Shown: positions 14,140 to 28,036 of the stretch, in pieces | How positions within the stretch are numbered: the first letter of the stretch is position 1 | How the letters are laid out: each line of letters begins with the position of its first letter | Assembly (NCBI RefSeq): GCF_009914755.1 | Contig: NC_060944.1 | Length of the DNA: 64,000 nucleotides | Reading direction: 5' to 3' (one strand) | Origin: the human T2T-CHM13v2.0 reference genome, Homo sapiens | The notes under the pieces: model-generated | Database searches by the model: none | What the model was told of the DNA's origin: nothing | What the model saw: only the letters and a program-made list of their open reading frames with translations | Program-made: the position numbers and the translations under genes

Positions 14140-15400
14140 AAATACTGGCTGGGAAGTCCCTCTTAAGTGGCCAGAAGATGGAATGCTGCTACCCTAGCAA
14201 TAACCTTGTGTGCGAGGTCTAAGCGTGGGCTGTGTTTATAAGGCAGGGATTGGAGTACCACTTTCATTTTCTCAGAAGGTGCCCGCCTATGTTTAATTTC
14301 CACCTATCAGATGGGCAGACTGATAAGTGAGCTTTGACACAATAACTCCCCTCGCCCTGAACAGAGAGCGCCAGAAAAGGAAGCCAGAAGAGGCTTCAGG
14401 TTGCTTTTACCCTGCTGGGGCCTCTGCCTGGGCTTCTGTAACACTAGGAGAGTGAGGGTCTCCATTCTTCAGAAAATGTGGCCTGGACTGGGGAGAGAAA
14501 TAGGGTCATGACCGTCGGAGAGACAGGGCTGAAGCAAAGTCAGAACTTTGAGTGACCTCAGACTCAAGATTGTCCCTTCTGTGGCCTTGCAAGCAGTGAA
14601 GGCCGCAGAGAAGACCACAGCCACTCACTCTCCTTCTGTTCGGATTTCTCCTGCTGGGGCCCATGCAGCAGGGGGGCAACAGCCTTCAACAGTCCGGGTG
14701 ACTTTGGAACAAACAGCTGGGCCGAACGTGGAAGTCAGCGGGTCTTTCCCAATGAATGGAGCCCTCAGTGTCTCTGTTGCAGAACTGTTCTCCTTTTGTC
14801 TCTCGCTCTTTGGCTCTCTGTTATATAAACATCTGGAGGGCTGAGTATCATTTTAGCCATAGTAAATAGCTTAAAGGAAGAATGCATCTTATATTCCCCC
14901 ACAAAGAGGCAAAATGGTGTGTGGGCCGCACTAACATAGGAACTGGAAAAATATCTGTGTGGAGTGGATCTGAAGAAGAGTCGCTCTTGGTCTATGAATC
15001 GCTTTTCTCTTCCTCTTCCAAACATCTGTGAAGCAATGAAATAATATGTGTGAAGTCTGAAGATTCCCTTCCGGATCAATCTGAGAGTCTTTTTTTTACA
15101 TCAGTGGCCATAAAGAAACAGGTTAAAGCATCAAATGGGAATGAAATTGCTTCCATATAATATTTCAGACCCTGTTTTTTTCCCAATGCATTAAGCAGCC
15201 TGCCAACTAACAAGCGACTCATTTCCATATTTGGAATATTTTCTGTGGTGGTTATATGTTTGTGTACTTGTGGGGGTTAGGGTATCTAGGAAAAAGATAA
15301 AAAGAAAAACAAAAGAACAACCAACACTTTTAGCTGATCAGCATTCTGTCCTTAAGGCAAAATAAGGGTTGCAATTCTTTTGAACACCTTTGTCTATCTA

Positions 15401-15575
15401 CAGCCTCACAACTCAAAATGTGGTGCAAGGACTGGTGTCACCCACACCGCATCGCCCATGACCTTATTAGAAAGGCAGAGACTGGAGCACTCCCCCTCCA
15501 CCCCCGAATCTGAACCTCATTTTAACAAGACCCCCCCAAAGGATTCCTGCACATTGAAGTTTGGGAAGCCGTAGT
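15401..15575. mobile_element. MER5-family hAT element
   Basis: CTCAAAATGTGGT...TTATTAGAAAGGCAGA...GAATCTGAACCTCATTTTAACAAGA...CACATTGAAGTTTGGGAAGC. Confidence 0.7.
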
Positions 15576-15820
15576 CTAAAGGCCCTGTCTGGATGGGTGG
15601 GCTCATTGTCACCGACTGACTTTGCTTAACACTCACAGGCTGGCTTGAGTCTTTACAGCTTGACATTCCTCCTATGGGAAGAATATTCTGGACCATCTCT
15701 TTACTTATAACCATTTAGTATTTAATTCAATCATTTTGCACAGTTCCTTGTGTGAAAGTATCAGGAAAAATGGATGTTTTGTTAACATATCCTCACTTTG
15801 ACTGCTATCAATCCACAAGT

Positions 15821-16168
15821 ATTTACTTATTCATTGAGACAGGGTCTTGCTCTGCTTCCCAAGCTGGGGTGCAGTGGCAACATCATAGCTCACTGCGTCC
15901 TTGAACTTCTGGGCTCAAGTGATCCTCCTGCTTCAGCCTCCTGAGTGGCTGGGACCACAGGTGCATGCCACCATGCTAGATAATTTTTTTTATTTTTAGT
16001 AGATGTAATGATAATTTTAATTATTAAATAATAAAAATAATGTATTTTTTAATTTTTAGGGTCTCACAATGTTGCTGAGGCTGGTCTCAAACTTCTGAGC
16101 TCAAGTGATCCTACTGCTTCGGCCTCCTAAAGTGCTAGGGTTACAGGCATGAACCACCATGCCCAGCT
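15821..16168 (-). mobile_element. AluJ with expanded AT-rich linker
   Basis: CATAGCTCACTGC...GGGCTCAAGTGATCCTCC; extra AT-rich sequence at ~16000-16058. Confidence 0.9.
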
Positions 16169-17375
16169 CACAAGTTGTTGGGGACAGAGCAATAACCAAG
16201 AAAAAGTTCCATTTTCAGGGAATGTAAATGCCAGAAGATGGAGACAGTTGAACACACAAGCAAGCAAGATTTAACAAGGCCTCAGATAATGCCATGAAGA
16301 AAACAAAATAAAGCTTTGTGATATCCTTTGGATTCAAGAAATCAGAAACAAGACACACTATATGTGGAAGAGTTGCAGTTGTTGACTACGGAGATTTTTC
16401 ACAGCTGTCCACTGAGCTACCTGGCAGATGGATTAAGAGCAACCAGGCCCAGAGGCAAGGAATGGACTAAGAGATATCTGAATTTTCATCTAGTCTTAAG
16501 AGTTTTTAAATTAATAGAAATCCTAGTTGAGATTTGTATTGCAAGAAGACCCAGGGAGAAAGAGAGAGACAAGGAGGGAATAAAAACTCATTTCTTTGGG
16601 TTGGATCTAAATGTCCATCAACCTTCAGATGGATGAGGGATGGGTGGAGAGGGAGGGGAAGCCGAGATGATTTACTCACAAGAATGTTTTCTACATCAGT
16701 GCTAGTTCTTCAAAGTGGGTTCTTCACATTCCAGGCCCAGGTGGCTCCTTCCAGATGTGCATCCAGGTGGCTCCTTCCAGATATGAAATGGTAGAAGAAT
16801 TGTGGAGAAAGGGTGGCTGTGAAGTCAAGCACCATATTTAAAATACGATTCTATTGAATCCCAGCTAACTGTCCTCCAGTTGGTGCAAGAATTCCTAGAA
16901 ATCACTGTTCATAGCAGCAGAAGAAGGAGATATTTTTTTTCTGGACCACTTATAAGAAATCAGTGGAAATAATAAACATATGTCCTAACATATTTCCTAT
17001 GTTAGGAAATAAGATTTTCTGCTCTGGGAACATCTGTTCTGAATGATCATTTCTGGTTCACTTTTTTTAAACCAAAGGCTTGAATGAAAGTGAAACAAAA
17101 GCAAGTATTTATTTGAAATAAAAGCAGGAAAATGTCTACAAGAACATTTTGAATAAGAACTTCCTAAAATAAGGACAATAATCCTTACATGAAGGTCATC
17201 AATATTCCCTCCCCCAACTCTGAACTTCCTGTTGGCTCTGAGCATGGCCATCTTCAATTCTTCTTCTTTATGAGCTTGGAAAACTACTTGTTCTTACCCT
17301 CTGCCTTTGTCACTTAGCTTCTTGGATGGGGAAAAATAAGGAAAACGTGTCTTTTCAACTTCTGAGTAAGATCGT

Positions 17376-17680
17376 TTTGTTTTATTTATTATTATTATTA
17401 TTTTATGTATTTATCGTAGAGACAAGGTCTCATTCGGTCACCCAGGCTGGAGTGCAGTGGTGTGATCATGGCTGACTGCAGCCTCAAACTCCTGAGCTCA
17501 AGTGATCCCCCTGCCTCAAACTTGAGTCTGGCTAATTTTTAATTTTTTTTTTTTTTTTTTTGTAGAGACAGGGTCTTGCTATGTTGCCCAGACTAGTCTT
17601 GAACTCCTGGTCTCAAGCAATTGTCTTGCCTTGGCCTCTCAAAGTGTTGGGATTACAGGGATGAGCCACGGTGCCTAACC
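17376..17680 (-). mobile_element. AluJ with internal deletion
   Basis: GATCATGGCTGACTGCAGCCTCAAACTCCTGAGCTCAAG; part of right arm missing. Confidence 0.9.
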
Positions 17681-19243
17681 AAGGACCAGGTCATTTTAGT
17701 TCAGTGTGGAAGGGCACTGTGTTAGTCCATTCTCACATTGCTATAAAGAACTACCTAAGACTGGGTAACTTATAAAGAAAAGAGGTTTAATTGGCTCATG
17801 GTTCTGCAGGCTATACAGGAAGTATGACTGGGGAGGCCCCAGGAAACTTAAAACCATGGCAGAAGGTAAAGAGAAAGGAGGTAAGTCCTACACGACCGGA
17901 GAAGGAGGAAGAGTGTGAAGGGAGAGGTGCTACACACTTTTAAACAATCAGATCTTGTGAGAACTCACTCACTATCATAAGAACAGCAAAGGGGAAATCT
18001 GCCCCCATGATCCAATCACTACCACTACCTCCTCCAAAATTGGGGACTACAATTTGACATGAGATTTGAGTAGGGACACAAATCCAAACCATATCATTCT
18101 GCCCCTGGCTCCTCCCGAATTTCATGTCCTTCTCACACTGCAAACCAATCATGCCTTCCCAACAGTCCCCCAAGTCTTAACTCATTTTAGCATTAACTCC
18201 AAAGTCCACAGTCCAAAGTCTCATATGACACAAGGCAATTCTCTTCTGCCTATTAGTCAGTAAAATAAAAAACAAGTTAGTTACTTTCAGGATACAATGA
18301 AGATACAGGCATTGGGTAAATACACCCATTCCAAAAGGGAGAAATCAGCCAAAACAAAGGGGCTACAGGACCCATTCAAGTCTGAAACCCATCAGGGCAG
18401 TCATTAAATCTTAAAGCTCCAAAATAATCTCCTTTGACTCCATATCTCACATACAGCCCACAATGATGAAAGGGGTGGGCTTCCATGGCCTTGGACATCT
18501 CTGCCTCTGTGGCTCTGCAGGGTATACTGCCTCGGATGGTTTCTCAGGCTGGCACTGAGGGTCTGCAGCTTTCCCAGGCACATGGTGCAAGCTGTCAATA
18601 GACCTACCATTCTGGAGTCTGGAGGACGATGAACCTGTTTTCACAGCTCCACTAGGCAGTGCCCCAGAGGGAACTCTGTGTGGGAGCTCCAACCCCATAT
18701 TTATCCTCTGCACTGCCCTAGTAGACTCCATGAGGGCTCTGCCCCTACAGCAGAATTCTGCCTGGACCTCAGGCATTTTCATACAACCTCTGAAATCTAG
18801 GTGGAGGCTCCCAAACCTCAACTCTTGCTCTCTGCATACCCACAGGCTTAACATCAGATGAAAGCCACACAGGCTTATGGCTTGCACCCTCTGAAGCAGT
18901 GGCCTGAGGCATATCTGGGGCACTTTTAGCCACAGCTGGAAATGGAGCAGCTGCAATGCAGGGAGCAGTGTCCTGAGGTTGCACAGGACAGCAGGGCCCT
19001 GGGCCCTGCCCACAAAACTATTCTTCCCTCCTAGGTTTCTGGACCTGTGATGGAAGGGGCTGCCACGAAGGTGTCTGAAACACCTTCAAGGCATTTTCTC
19101 CATTGTCTTGGCTATTAACTTTTGGCTCCTCTTTACTTATGTAAATTTCTGCATCCAGTTTGAATTCCTTCCCAGAAAATGGGTTTTTCTTTTCTATCAC
19201 ACGGCCAGCCTACAAATTTTTCAAACTTTTACACTCTGCTTTC

Positions 19244-20270
19244 TATTTATTTATTTACAACAGATGGTACAGACATTATTTTATTTTCTCAGAGCAGAGG
19301 TTAGGCCTAGGCCACAGCTGCCCCCATAGCTCCCCTCTTGTCTAAGGATGCAAAGTTCATTGCTGGGGCACATCCACCCCCAGCTGGAGGTGCAAGCAAA
19401 GGACACTATATAAGGAGGCAAAACTCTCCCATACTGTCTGAAGGATCTCCAACAAGCCATATTCTGGAAAGAGCTCTGACAGGGAACTTTCCGCAAGGTC
19501 CAACTGGAGCTGAGACTTGAGGTTAGGTTCAAGTGTAAGCTTCCTTTCCCTCACAGCCTCGGAGCCTTCTTGGGGCAGGAGCCATTGTGTGGGATGGGGG
19601 TGTTGCTGTGATTGAGATCACTTCCAGGCCCCCCATGGTCAGTCCCTGGATGGCAGACAGGTGTCCTGGCCCCTGGCCTTTCACCACAACTCAGATGTGG
19701 GTAACACCCTTTCCTGCAGCTTTTGTCACGGCTGCTATGCCTGTTGTCTGTGCATTAATGCCTGTGCCCTTCTTGGCATTCAGAAATTCCTCTGTGCCAC
19801 AGGAAGTATGGGCAAGGGGCTGATTAGTGGCAGAGATTACCTGGATCTGTGTGTTGTTGCAGGATGCTCTAATGTGTGCAGTTGGGATCTCCTCAAATTT
19901 CTTTCCTGCCCACCTCAGAGAGCTTTTTTCTTTTGTAATGGGACGGTAAATGCTAAAGCTGGTGTAGCTGGGAGCTACCATCTTCTCTTCAATGTTCTGC
20001 TTGGCCTCAATGTCTTGGATCTTCTGGGTGCCTGTGTGGATGGTCTGCACCAGCATCCTGGCCATGACCCTGTCAGGAGGAAAAGATTAAGGAGGGCCAC
20101 AGCCTAACAGTCCTTGGGGTCTGGGTGGCTCATGTGACACAGGCAGTCCTGGAGGTGGTGGTGAGCTCAAGGGGACAATCATTGTTACCTGGTGGTCAAG
20201 GATAAAGTCCAGGACCACAGAAGTGAAAACTCACATTTCTTACAACCTGCATGACTCAAATTGACCCCCA
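19244..20270 (-). pseudogene. MRPS11: Retrocopy of mitochondrial ribosomal protein S11 (MRPS11-like, uS11m); semi-processed
   Basis: ORF 20065-19691 reads [29 protein letters not shown]...[16 protein letters not shown], matching MRPS11 as recalled. Ancestral ATG at 20252 (MQVVRN). Premature TGA 19693-19691, 1-nt deletions near 20218 and ~19605, ancestral stop 19553-19551. AATAAA at 19285-19280, decayed poly(A) 19244-19257, TSD TCTGCTTTC at 19235 and 20271. Symbol denotes the parent; identity with the named MRPS11P1 is not verified. Confidence 0.95.
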
Positions 20271-20415
20271 TCTGCTTTCCTTTTAAATATAAGTTCCAGT
20301 TTCGAATCATTTATTTGCTCACACATATAAGCATATGTTGTTAGAAGCAGTTAGGTCACATCTTGAATGCTTTGCTGCTTAGAAATTTCTTCTATCAGAT
20401 ATCCTAAATCATCCC

Positions 20416-20554
<139 letters not shown>

Positions 20555-21539
20555 TAATTCATCTCTCTCAAGTTCAAAGTTCCACAGATCTCTAGGGCAG
20601 GGGCACAATGCCTCCAACCTCTTTGCTAAAGCATAGCAAAAGTGACCTTTACTCCAGTTCCCAATAAATTCCTCATCTCCATCTGAGACCACCTCAGCCT
20701 GGATTTCATTGTCCATATCACTGTCAGCATTTTGATCACAATAATTTAACAAGTCTCTAGGAAGTTCTAAACTTTCCCTTATCTTCCTGTCTTCTTCTGA
20801 GCCCTCTAAACAGTTACAGCCTCTGCCCATTACCCAGTTCCAAAGTCACTTCCACGTTTTAGGTATCTTTATAGCAATGCCCCACTTCTCAATACCAGTT
20901 TTCTGTATTAGTCCATTCTCACATTGCTGTGAAGAACTACCTTAGACTAGGTAATTTATAAAGAAAAGAGGTTTAATTGGCTCATGGTTCTGCAGGCTGT
21001 ACAGGATGCATGGCTGTGGAGGCCTCGGGAAACTTACAATCATGGCAGAAGGTGAAGAGGAAGGAGGAACATCATACATGGCTGGAGCAGGAGGAAGAAG
21101 GTGAGAGGGGGAGGTGCTACACGCCTTTAAACAACCAGGTCTCATGAAAACTCACTATCACAAGAACAGCAAGGGGGAAATCCACCCCCATGATCTAATC
21201 ACCTCCCAGCAGGCCCCTCCTCCAACGCTGGGGATTACAGTTCGACATGAAGTTTGTGCGGGGACACAAATCCAAACCATATCAGGCACTCTTGGCTTTG
21301 AATATTGACCTGCCTTTATATGGATGGCGTTATGACCTACAGGTATGTCCTTTTGTTTTCTCTTGGGATGAAAGGAAGATGCTCAAATCAGAAAGTCATC
21401 TATAGTCTATTATTCCTCTTAGCAAACAATTATGAAGACAGTAAGTGCCTCCTAAGATGGTACAGAAAGAGCACAAGGGGTAAAATGTGACTCTTTAGAT
21501 TGGAGTCACCTGACCTTGAAAGTGACTCCCCTCTAAGAA

Positions 21540-22195
21540 GAGAAGCTAGTGCACAGAGCATCACAGGGCAATTGAGGAGTCCAGGAGAAGTCAAGGAAAG
21601 CATTCTGCGCTGGACATCAGGAAGTTGCATGGAGCAATGGGCACTTTGGCCAGAACTTAAAGAACCTTCTGGCCATGAGGCATCTAGAAATGTTCAACCA
21701 TAAGTGCTTGCAGTGACAGCATGGCATTGACCCTCTTGGAGGAGGGACGACTGGCAGAGGGAAGGGCTTGGCAATGGGAAGTAATGGGATTAGTGTGGAG
21801 TACAGGGATAAGAAAGATAGGTGTGGCCGGAATGCTGTGGGTCTTGAGTGACTGTGAAGAGATTGAGTCGACAATGAGGAGCTGTTGAAAGTTTTGACTG
21901 GGGGCCTGACTGAATCATAGAGGAATTGTGCTAAGTTAATCTGGTGGTTTTGTGCAGATAGGTTGCGAGGAGGAAGGACTGAATTTAGAAAGAGGAGGTG
22001 GATGTGAGTGAGATCTGGAGGAATTTTCCACAGGACCGACGAATGAAGGAGGCAAGAGACAAGTCAAATGTAATTTCCAGCCTTCTTACCGGGAGATGGT
22101 CATGTCACTTACTGAAATCAGACAGTTAGGGTGGCACGTGTGTTTGGAAGGTGAAGGTAGTGAGAGTGTTTTGACATGTTGAGCTTGATGTTCTA
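21540..22195 (-). mobile_element. L2 fragment
   Basis: Purine-rich L2-like text: ACAATGAGGAGCTGTTGAAAGTTTT and TTTTGACATGTTGAGCTTGA. Confidence 0.6.
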
Positions 22196-23187
22196 AAAGA
22201 ATATTTTCAACGTTATAAACCATTTAATGTATGTATAAATATAAATATTTATATGAAAATGTATACATACATATATTTACACATATAAAACAGTTATGTT
22301 TAGAAATTATTGCTGTTATTTTACAGGAGTACTTAGTAGAAAGAATAGCAATATGCCACTTAAGAGTAAGAAAACTCTCCTTCAAATTGTTCATTTTTTG
22401 TCTCTCTTTCTGTTTTTCTCGTAATTAATGTGGTTAAATTGATGCAAGAGATTAGAGCCTCGTGGTCATCTGAAGTTTTCTCTTGGTGCAGTTAGAGCTT
22501 TCTTTGGTGCCCAACCACACTCAATGATTCATGTTTGTTTGGAATATTATTGAAGTTGGAAGCAAGGGGTGGTGCCTCTGGGCCATGCAGGAGGTGCCAC
22601 TGAGGCTGTCATTTTTGCCAAAGAAAAGAAGGCAAAGCTCCAGCAGGCCCTAGTCCCAGTGATTCACTTAGAGAAGCTCTAGGAGGAGCAAGATGGTATT
22701 TTCTAGTCTCTGCACTGGTGACATTTGGAGCAAGTCAGTTGGAGAAAACCAGGTACCCTTCTTTCTACTGTCTCTGATTATGTCACAGGGAAATCTTGTA
22801 GGGATCCATTTGAATGTGCTTTTAATGGATTGGGTTTGAAACCCATTCCTCCTTTTGCACTCCTTCGCACATGCGGTGAGAATGGAAAACTCTCTTGGGA
22901 ATCTGAACACGTTTAAGGTGAAGTAATGACGTACACTTGACTCTTGCAAAGTGACTAATGCCTTAAATGACTTACTGCTGCCATAATATATATGACATGA
23001 ACCCAAAGGTCCCATCAAAGTTGATGTGACCTTTAAATAACAAAGGATCTCTTAGAAAATACATTTAAGAGGCCCTGTCATCTCTCAAAAACATAGGATC
23101 TATAAAGAGGGTCAGATACATTTAAACCATGTTTTGAAGTTGTAAGCATTTTTTATGTTCTTAGCATTGGATTAAAGAATACAATCA

Positions 23188-23515
<328 letters not shown>

Positions 23516-23549
23516 TCAAAGTAGGCCTTCGTGGTAAGAGCCTATGGTT

Positions 23550-23591
23550 CTTGGTTAAAACCCTTAAAACTTGGTTAAAACCCTTAAAACT
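23550..23591. repeat. Perfect 20-bp tandem duplication
   Basis: CTTGGTTAAAACCCTTAAAA x2. Confidence 0.9.
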
Positions 23592-24079
23592 CATTGAATC
23601 TTTTTTGTTCATTCTTTGAACTTCCCTTCTATGTTCTTCTATTCTCTCCTATGTTCTACTTCTCTTTCTGTGTTCTATTACCAGAAATATACCTGTTGCT
23701 TGCTAATTTTATATGCCTACTCCTAAAACCTTAACAAGTGATAATGAGAAAAGAAAACATATTTCTTTGAGCTCTATCCCTGGGCAGGGAACTTTCTGGA
23801 ACTCTGGTCCTCCCAACATTTCTCAGCACCTGAGCGGGAGGCATCTCAGCTCTGCTCACCAACGAGATCTCCCAGTTAAAGCATGGTGCCTGTCATCTTC
23901 TGGCTCCACTTGGAGATGTCTGTGGTTGATTATTTTGCTGCTGATGCAGCAGTGTGAGTAGGGAGGCAAGCTACTGTCACCAAGGAGCTCTTTCCTGTTA
24001 GCCCTAAAGGGACTAGTATTCCTCTTTATTGGCACTGCCTCTCACTGCTGCTGAAACTCTCCATGCTGCCACCCAAGTT

Positions 24080-24800
<721 letters not shown>

Positions 24801-25463
24801 CACAGGAGAGACAGTGTAGCATGGACTGGGTCTGGCTGTGGCAGAGATGGGGAAGAGCACCACATCCCGCCAGTGTACAGGGCACTACTGCTTCAGGGCA
24901 GCCTGCGCTGGCCAAGAACCACAGCCATGTTTGCTCTGCACCAATCCAAGGAGATTCTCTCTGTTTTCCTATTGTGACAGTCTGAGATCTTGGTCCCAAA
25001 GAAGCGTTGATTTACACTATCCATTCTAACATGTGCCTGGGAGGTCAGCCCCATCACTCGTCAGTCGTGTTCAGGGATGTTGCAATCCAGAGATGAACAC
25101 AGCTTGGGCTTCAGCTGGCTACCTACAGGGGGATGGTAATGCCTAGGGGATTGGCTGGTTGTCAGAGAATGGAAAATAAGCTATGTTTTGGAGGCACAGG
25201 AAAATTTCAGAATCACCATTTGGTAACATTTCCATTATGTAACAGTGGACAGTTAAACAGATACGTTTCAGCACACTGTAAGCCGGGTGGGTGGCCCAGA
25301 GTTTCTATGTAGAAACCGTTGTTGGGTTGGAAGCGGCTGGTAGTGAGGTGGGGACCTTGAAGCCACATGTCTATTTCACCTCTTAGAAGGCTGAGAAAAT
25401 GTCAGTTGCTTATATTTTTAAAAATGGAGGACTTGATGGAAATGGGACAACGGGACAAAATCG

Positions 25464-25466
25464 CAC

Positions 25467-25501
<35 letters not shown>

Positions 25502-25502
25502 C
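25464..25502. repeat. (CA)n microsatellite, one interruption
   Basis: Direct reading. Confidence 0.95.
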
Positions 25503-25800
25503 CCCTTCCTCATGCCCAAGGGTCCTGCCTGGAGCATCCGTTTTCTACGATAAAGGTTAAGACAGTGCTGTTGACAGGTGCTTTAAAAGCATAAGGAACT
25601 AACTTCCTGGGACAGTCATGAGAAAAGCAAGACATTGCTAAAAATATGCACTCTTGCCCATTTGGGCGACGGTCTAAGCTCCTGAAAGCTTAGACAGTAG
25701 AAGACAAGTTAGTCATCGTCATTCTTTTCTGCTGATTTCAACCAAAGTAAGTACCCGTTTCCTCTGGGATCTAGCCCCTCAACAGCTGTTAGCAAAAACT

Positions 25801-25819
25801 AAGCCAGCAGGGGGCGCAC
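25801..25819 (+). promoter_or_regulatory. Predicted CTCF binding site (near-perfect)
   Basis: AAGCCAGCAGGGGGCGCAC; CpG retained, unique sequence. Confidence 0.8.
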
Positions 25820-27235
25820 AAGCACAGCAATGCTTGCAATACTGCCATTGGCCATGATTCTCTCCTGCCTCTGCAAGATAGAAATTAGGAAGGGAATGAC
25901 TGTGGCGTTAGGCTGTACATGGACTTAAAGAGGCATGTAGAATCCTAAAAAGCAACATGAATTCTTTTCACTGTTGGAATGGAAGGCAATTTATACAGCA
26001 TTTCTTAATTGCATTACATAGCATCTCTTAATTGAAATCAACTAAAGCTTCCTTAACTATTATTTTTAAAATTTAGTAGGGCAATTAAAAAAAAGAAAGT
26101 TATTATAGCTCTCAGCCATAACAACTCAAATAGCACATATTTGGGAGAAATGATAAAGAAAAAACTGGAAATACTGGATTCCTTTCTCAAAGCTCAAAAA
26201 GACAATGAAAGGGATGAAGGCAGAAATGACACTTAAGCAATAAACACATTCAAGTAAACATCAGTTTCTGAACACACTCCATTTCCATTGGCATCTGAGC
26301 ATAGATCTTAATTCAAGAGGTTTAACCTGCTTCAGAGAAAATGAATAAAAGAGAATGTAGCACAATGCTTGAAGATCTTCACATTTATAGACTGGTGAAC
26401 TCTCTCACCCACACACTGTAATTTGGGTGGCGTTCCTTCAAAACTATTAAGGCATCTTCATTGGAGCTGGGGTAATTCTAAGCAACACTAATGGTGTGCT
26501 CGATGTTACTGTAAGTGAGATAAATGATAGCAAACTTGTATGAGCAGGTGCATCTAATAACAGAGGCGTAGAAGCATAATACAGCAAGAAAGAAATGTTC
26601 AAATGCAGAAAATAAGAGCTCACGGAATCACTATGAGTGTGTTAGTGTGCATTACGGAGTGAACGATGTGTGTGTCTGACCACTTTGTCCACATCTCTAT
26701 CTCTGGTGCACCCAACTTCTTTGAAAAATCAGAGTCAAAACCAGTGAGAGGAAGCCCTCATGTGTTTTCGGTCTCCACTTCCAGAAAACCTCAAGACATT
26801 TTTATTGGAGGAATAAAGAAAAAGCCCTTGAATTACAGAGTACTCAATGGGTCTAGGAGAATGAGTCTCTAATACTCACTCACATTCAAGGGAAATGACA
26901 CATTTATCCATTTCAGGCTCAACTCTTTTAGACTGAAGAAAATCTAAAACAAATAGATATGGCTTACAGCATTGCCCATCTAATTAGTTTTCTTCCTGCA
27001 CCAAAGGTGGTTGATGTTATGTGTTTTCTCCATATCCCGTGAAAGAAAGCTCTGGAGAACTTAGCTCACTTCCTCTAGAGAGAGTTCTTGAAGAGGAGGG
27101 AAGAGATGGAGCTGGCAAAATTTGGGCAAATATTCTTAGTCTTTGGCATAGAAATATATTGAGGAGTGAAAAGAAGCACTAAAAAAAAAAGACACCATCT
27201 TTTGGCCTCTAGTCCTAAGAATTTTAAGATTGTAC

Positions 27236-27530
27236 TTTTTTTTTTTTTTAGATGAAGTCTCTCTCTATAGCCCAGGCTGGAGTACAGTGGTGCGATCTCC
27301 ACTCACTGCAAACTCTGCCTCCCAGATTGAAGTGATTCTCCTGCCTCAGCCTCCTGAGCAGCTGGGATTACAGGTGTGCACCACCACGCCAGGCTAATTT
27401 TTGCATTTTTAGTAGAGAGAGGGTTTTGCCATGTTGGCCAGACTGGTCTCAAACTCCTGGCTTGAAGTGGTCCATCCGCCTTGTCCTCCTGAAGTGCTGG
27501 GATTACAGGTGTGAGCCACCATGCCTGGCC
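27236..27530 (-). mobile_element. AluS with TSD
   Basis: Reverse dimer; TSD AGATTGTAC(T/C)TTT. Confidence 0.95.
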
Positions 27531-27824
27531 AGATTGTACCTTTAAATGACTCAATAGAAATGAGTTTCAGTAAGACATCATTCTGTGTGGGAAGCCACTT
27601 GCCTAGTTCTCTCAGAACTCCAGAACCCTGGCTGTAATAACTGGGCAAGTTTCATTCAACCGTGGTGGCCACACACAGTCCCTTTGTGTAAGGTTTGTGA
27701 ATTTGAAATCTTTAGAAGATAACAAAAGAACTTGTAAATGATTGGACCCACACCCAGAGAGAGAGAGACCTGTATACATTCTTCCATGCAGAAAATAAAC
27801 TGGAAATCTAACGCACAAAAATAT

Positions 27825-28036
27825 TTTTGAAACCACATTATCGAGGTATGATTGACTTGTATAAAGCTGTGTGTAATTAATGTGTACAACTTGATGAGTT
27901 TGGGGAGAAGCAGACACCAGTGAAATCATCACTACCATCAAGGCCATAGACATCCATCCCTTCCCAAAGTTTCTTCCCATCTCCTCTATTATAATAATTA
28001 TTAGTGTGTGTGGTAAGAACACTTTAAAAGATTTGA
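27825..28036 (-). mobile_element. L1MB-type 3' end fragment
   Basis: GAGGTATGATTGAC...AATGTGTACAACTTGATGAGTTTGG...GTGGTAAGAACACTT. Confidence 0.75.

Noticed and set aside
14674-14690. CTCF-like CAGCAGGGGGGCAAC
   Set aside because: An extra G shifts the register and the 5' CC is missing; too weak to call
18447-19013. 188-aa ORF, and the 108-aa ORF at 20504-20830
   Set aside because: Both are residual frames of the THE1/MST internal sequence, not host genes
19551-20252. Functional MRPS11 gene
   Set aside because: Two frameshifts, a premature stop, poly(A) remnant, TSD and loss of downstream introns
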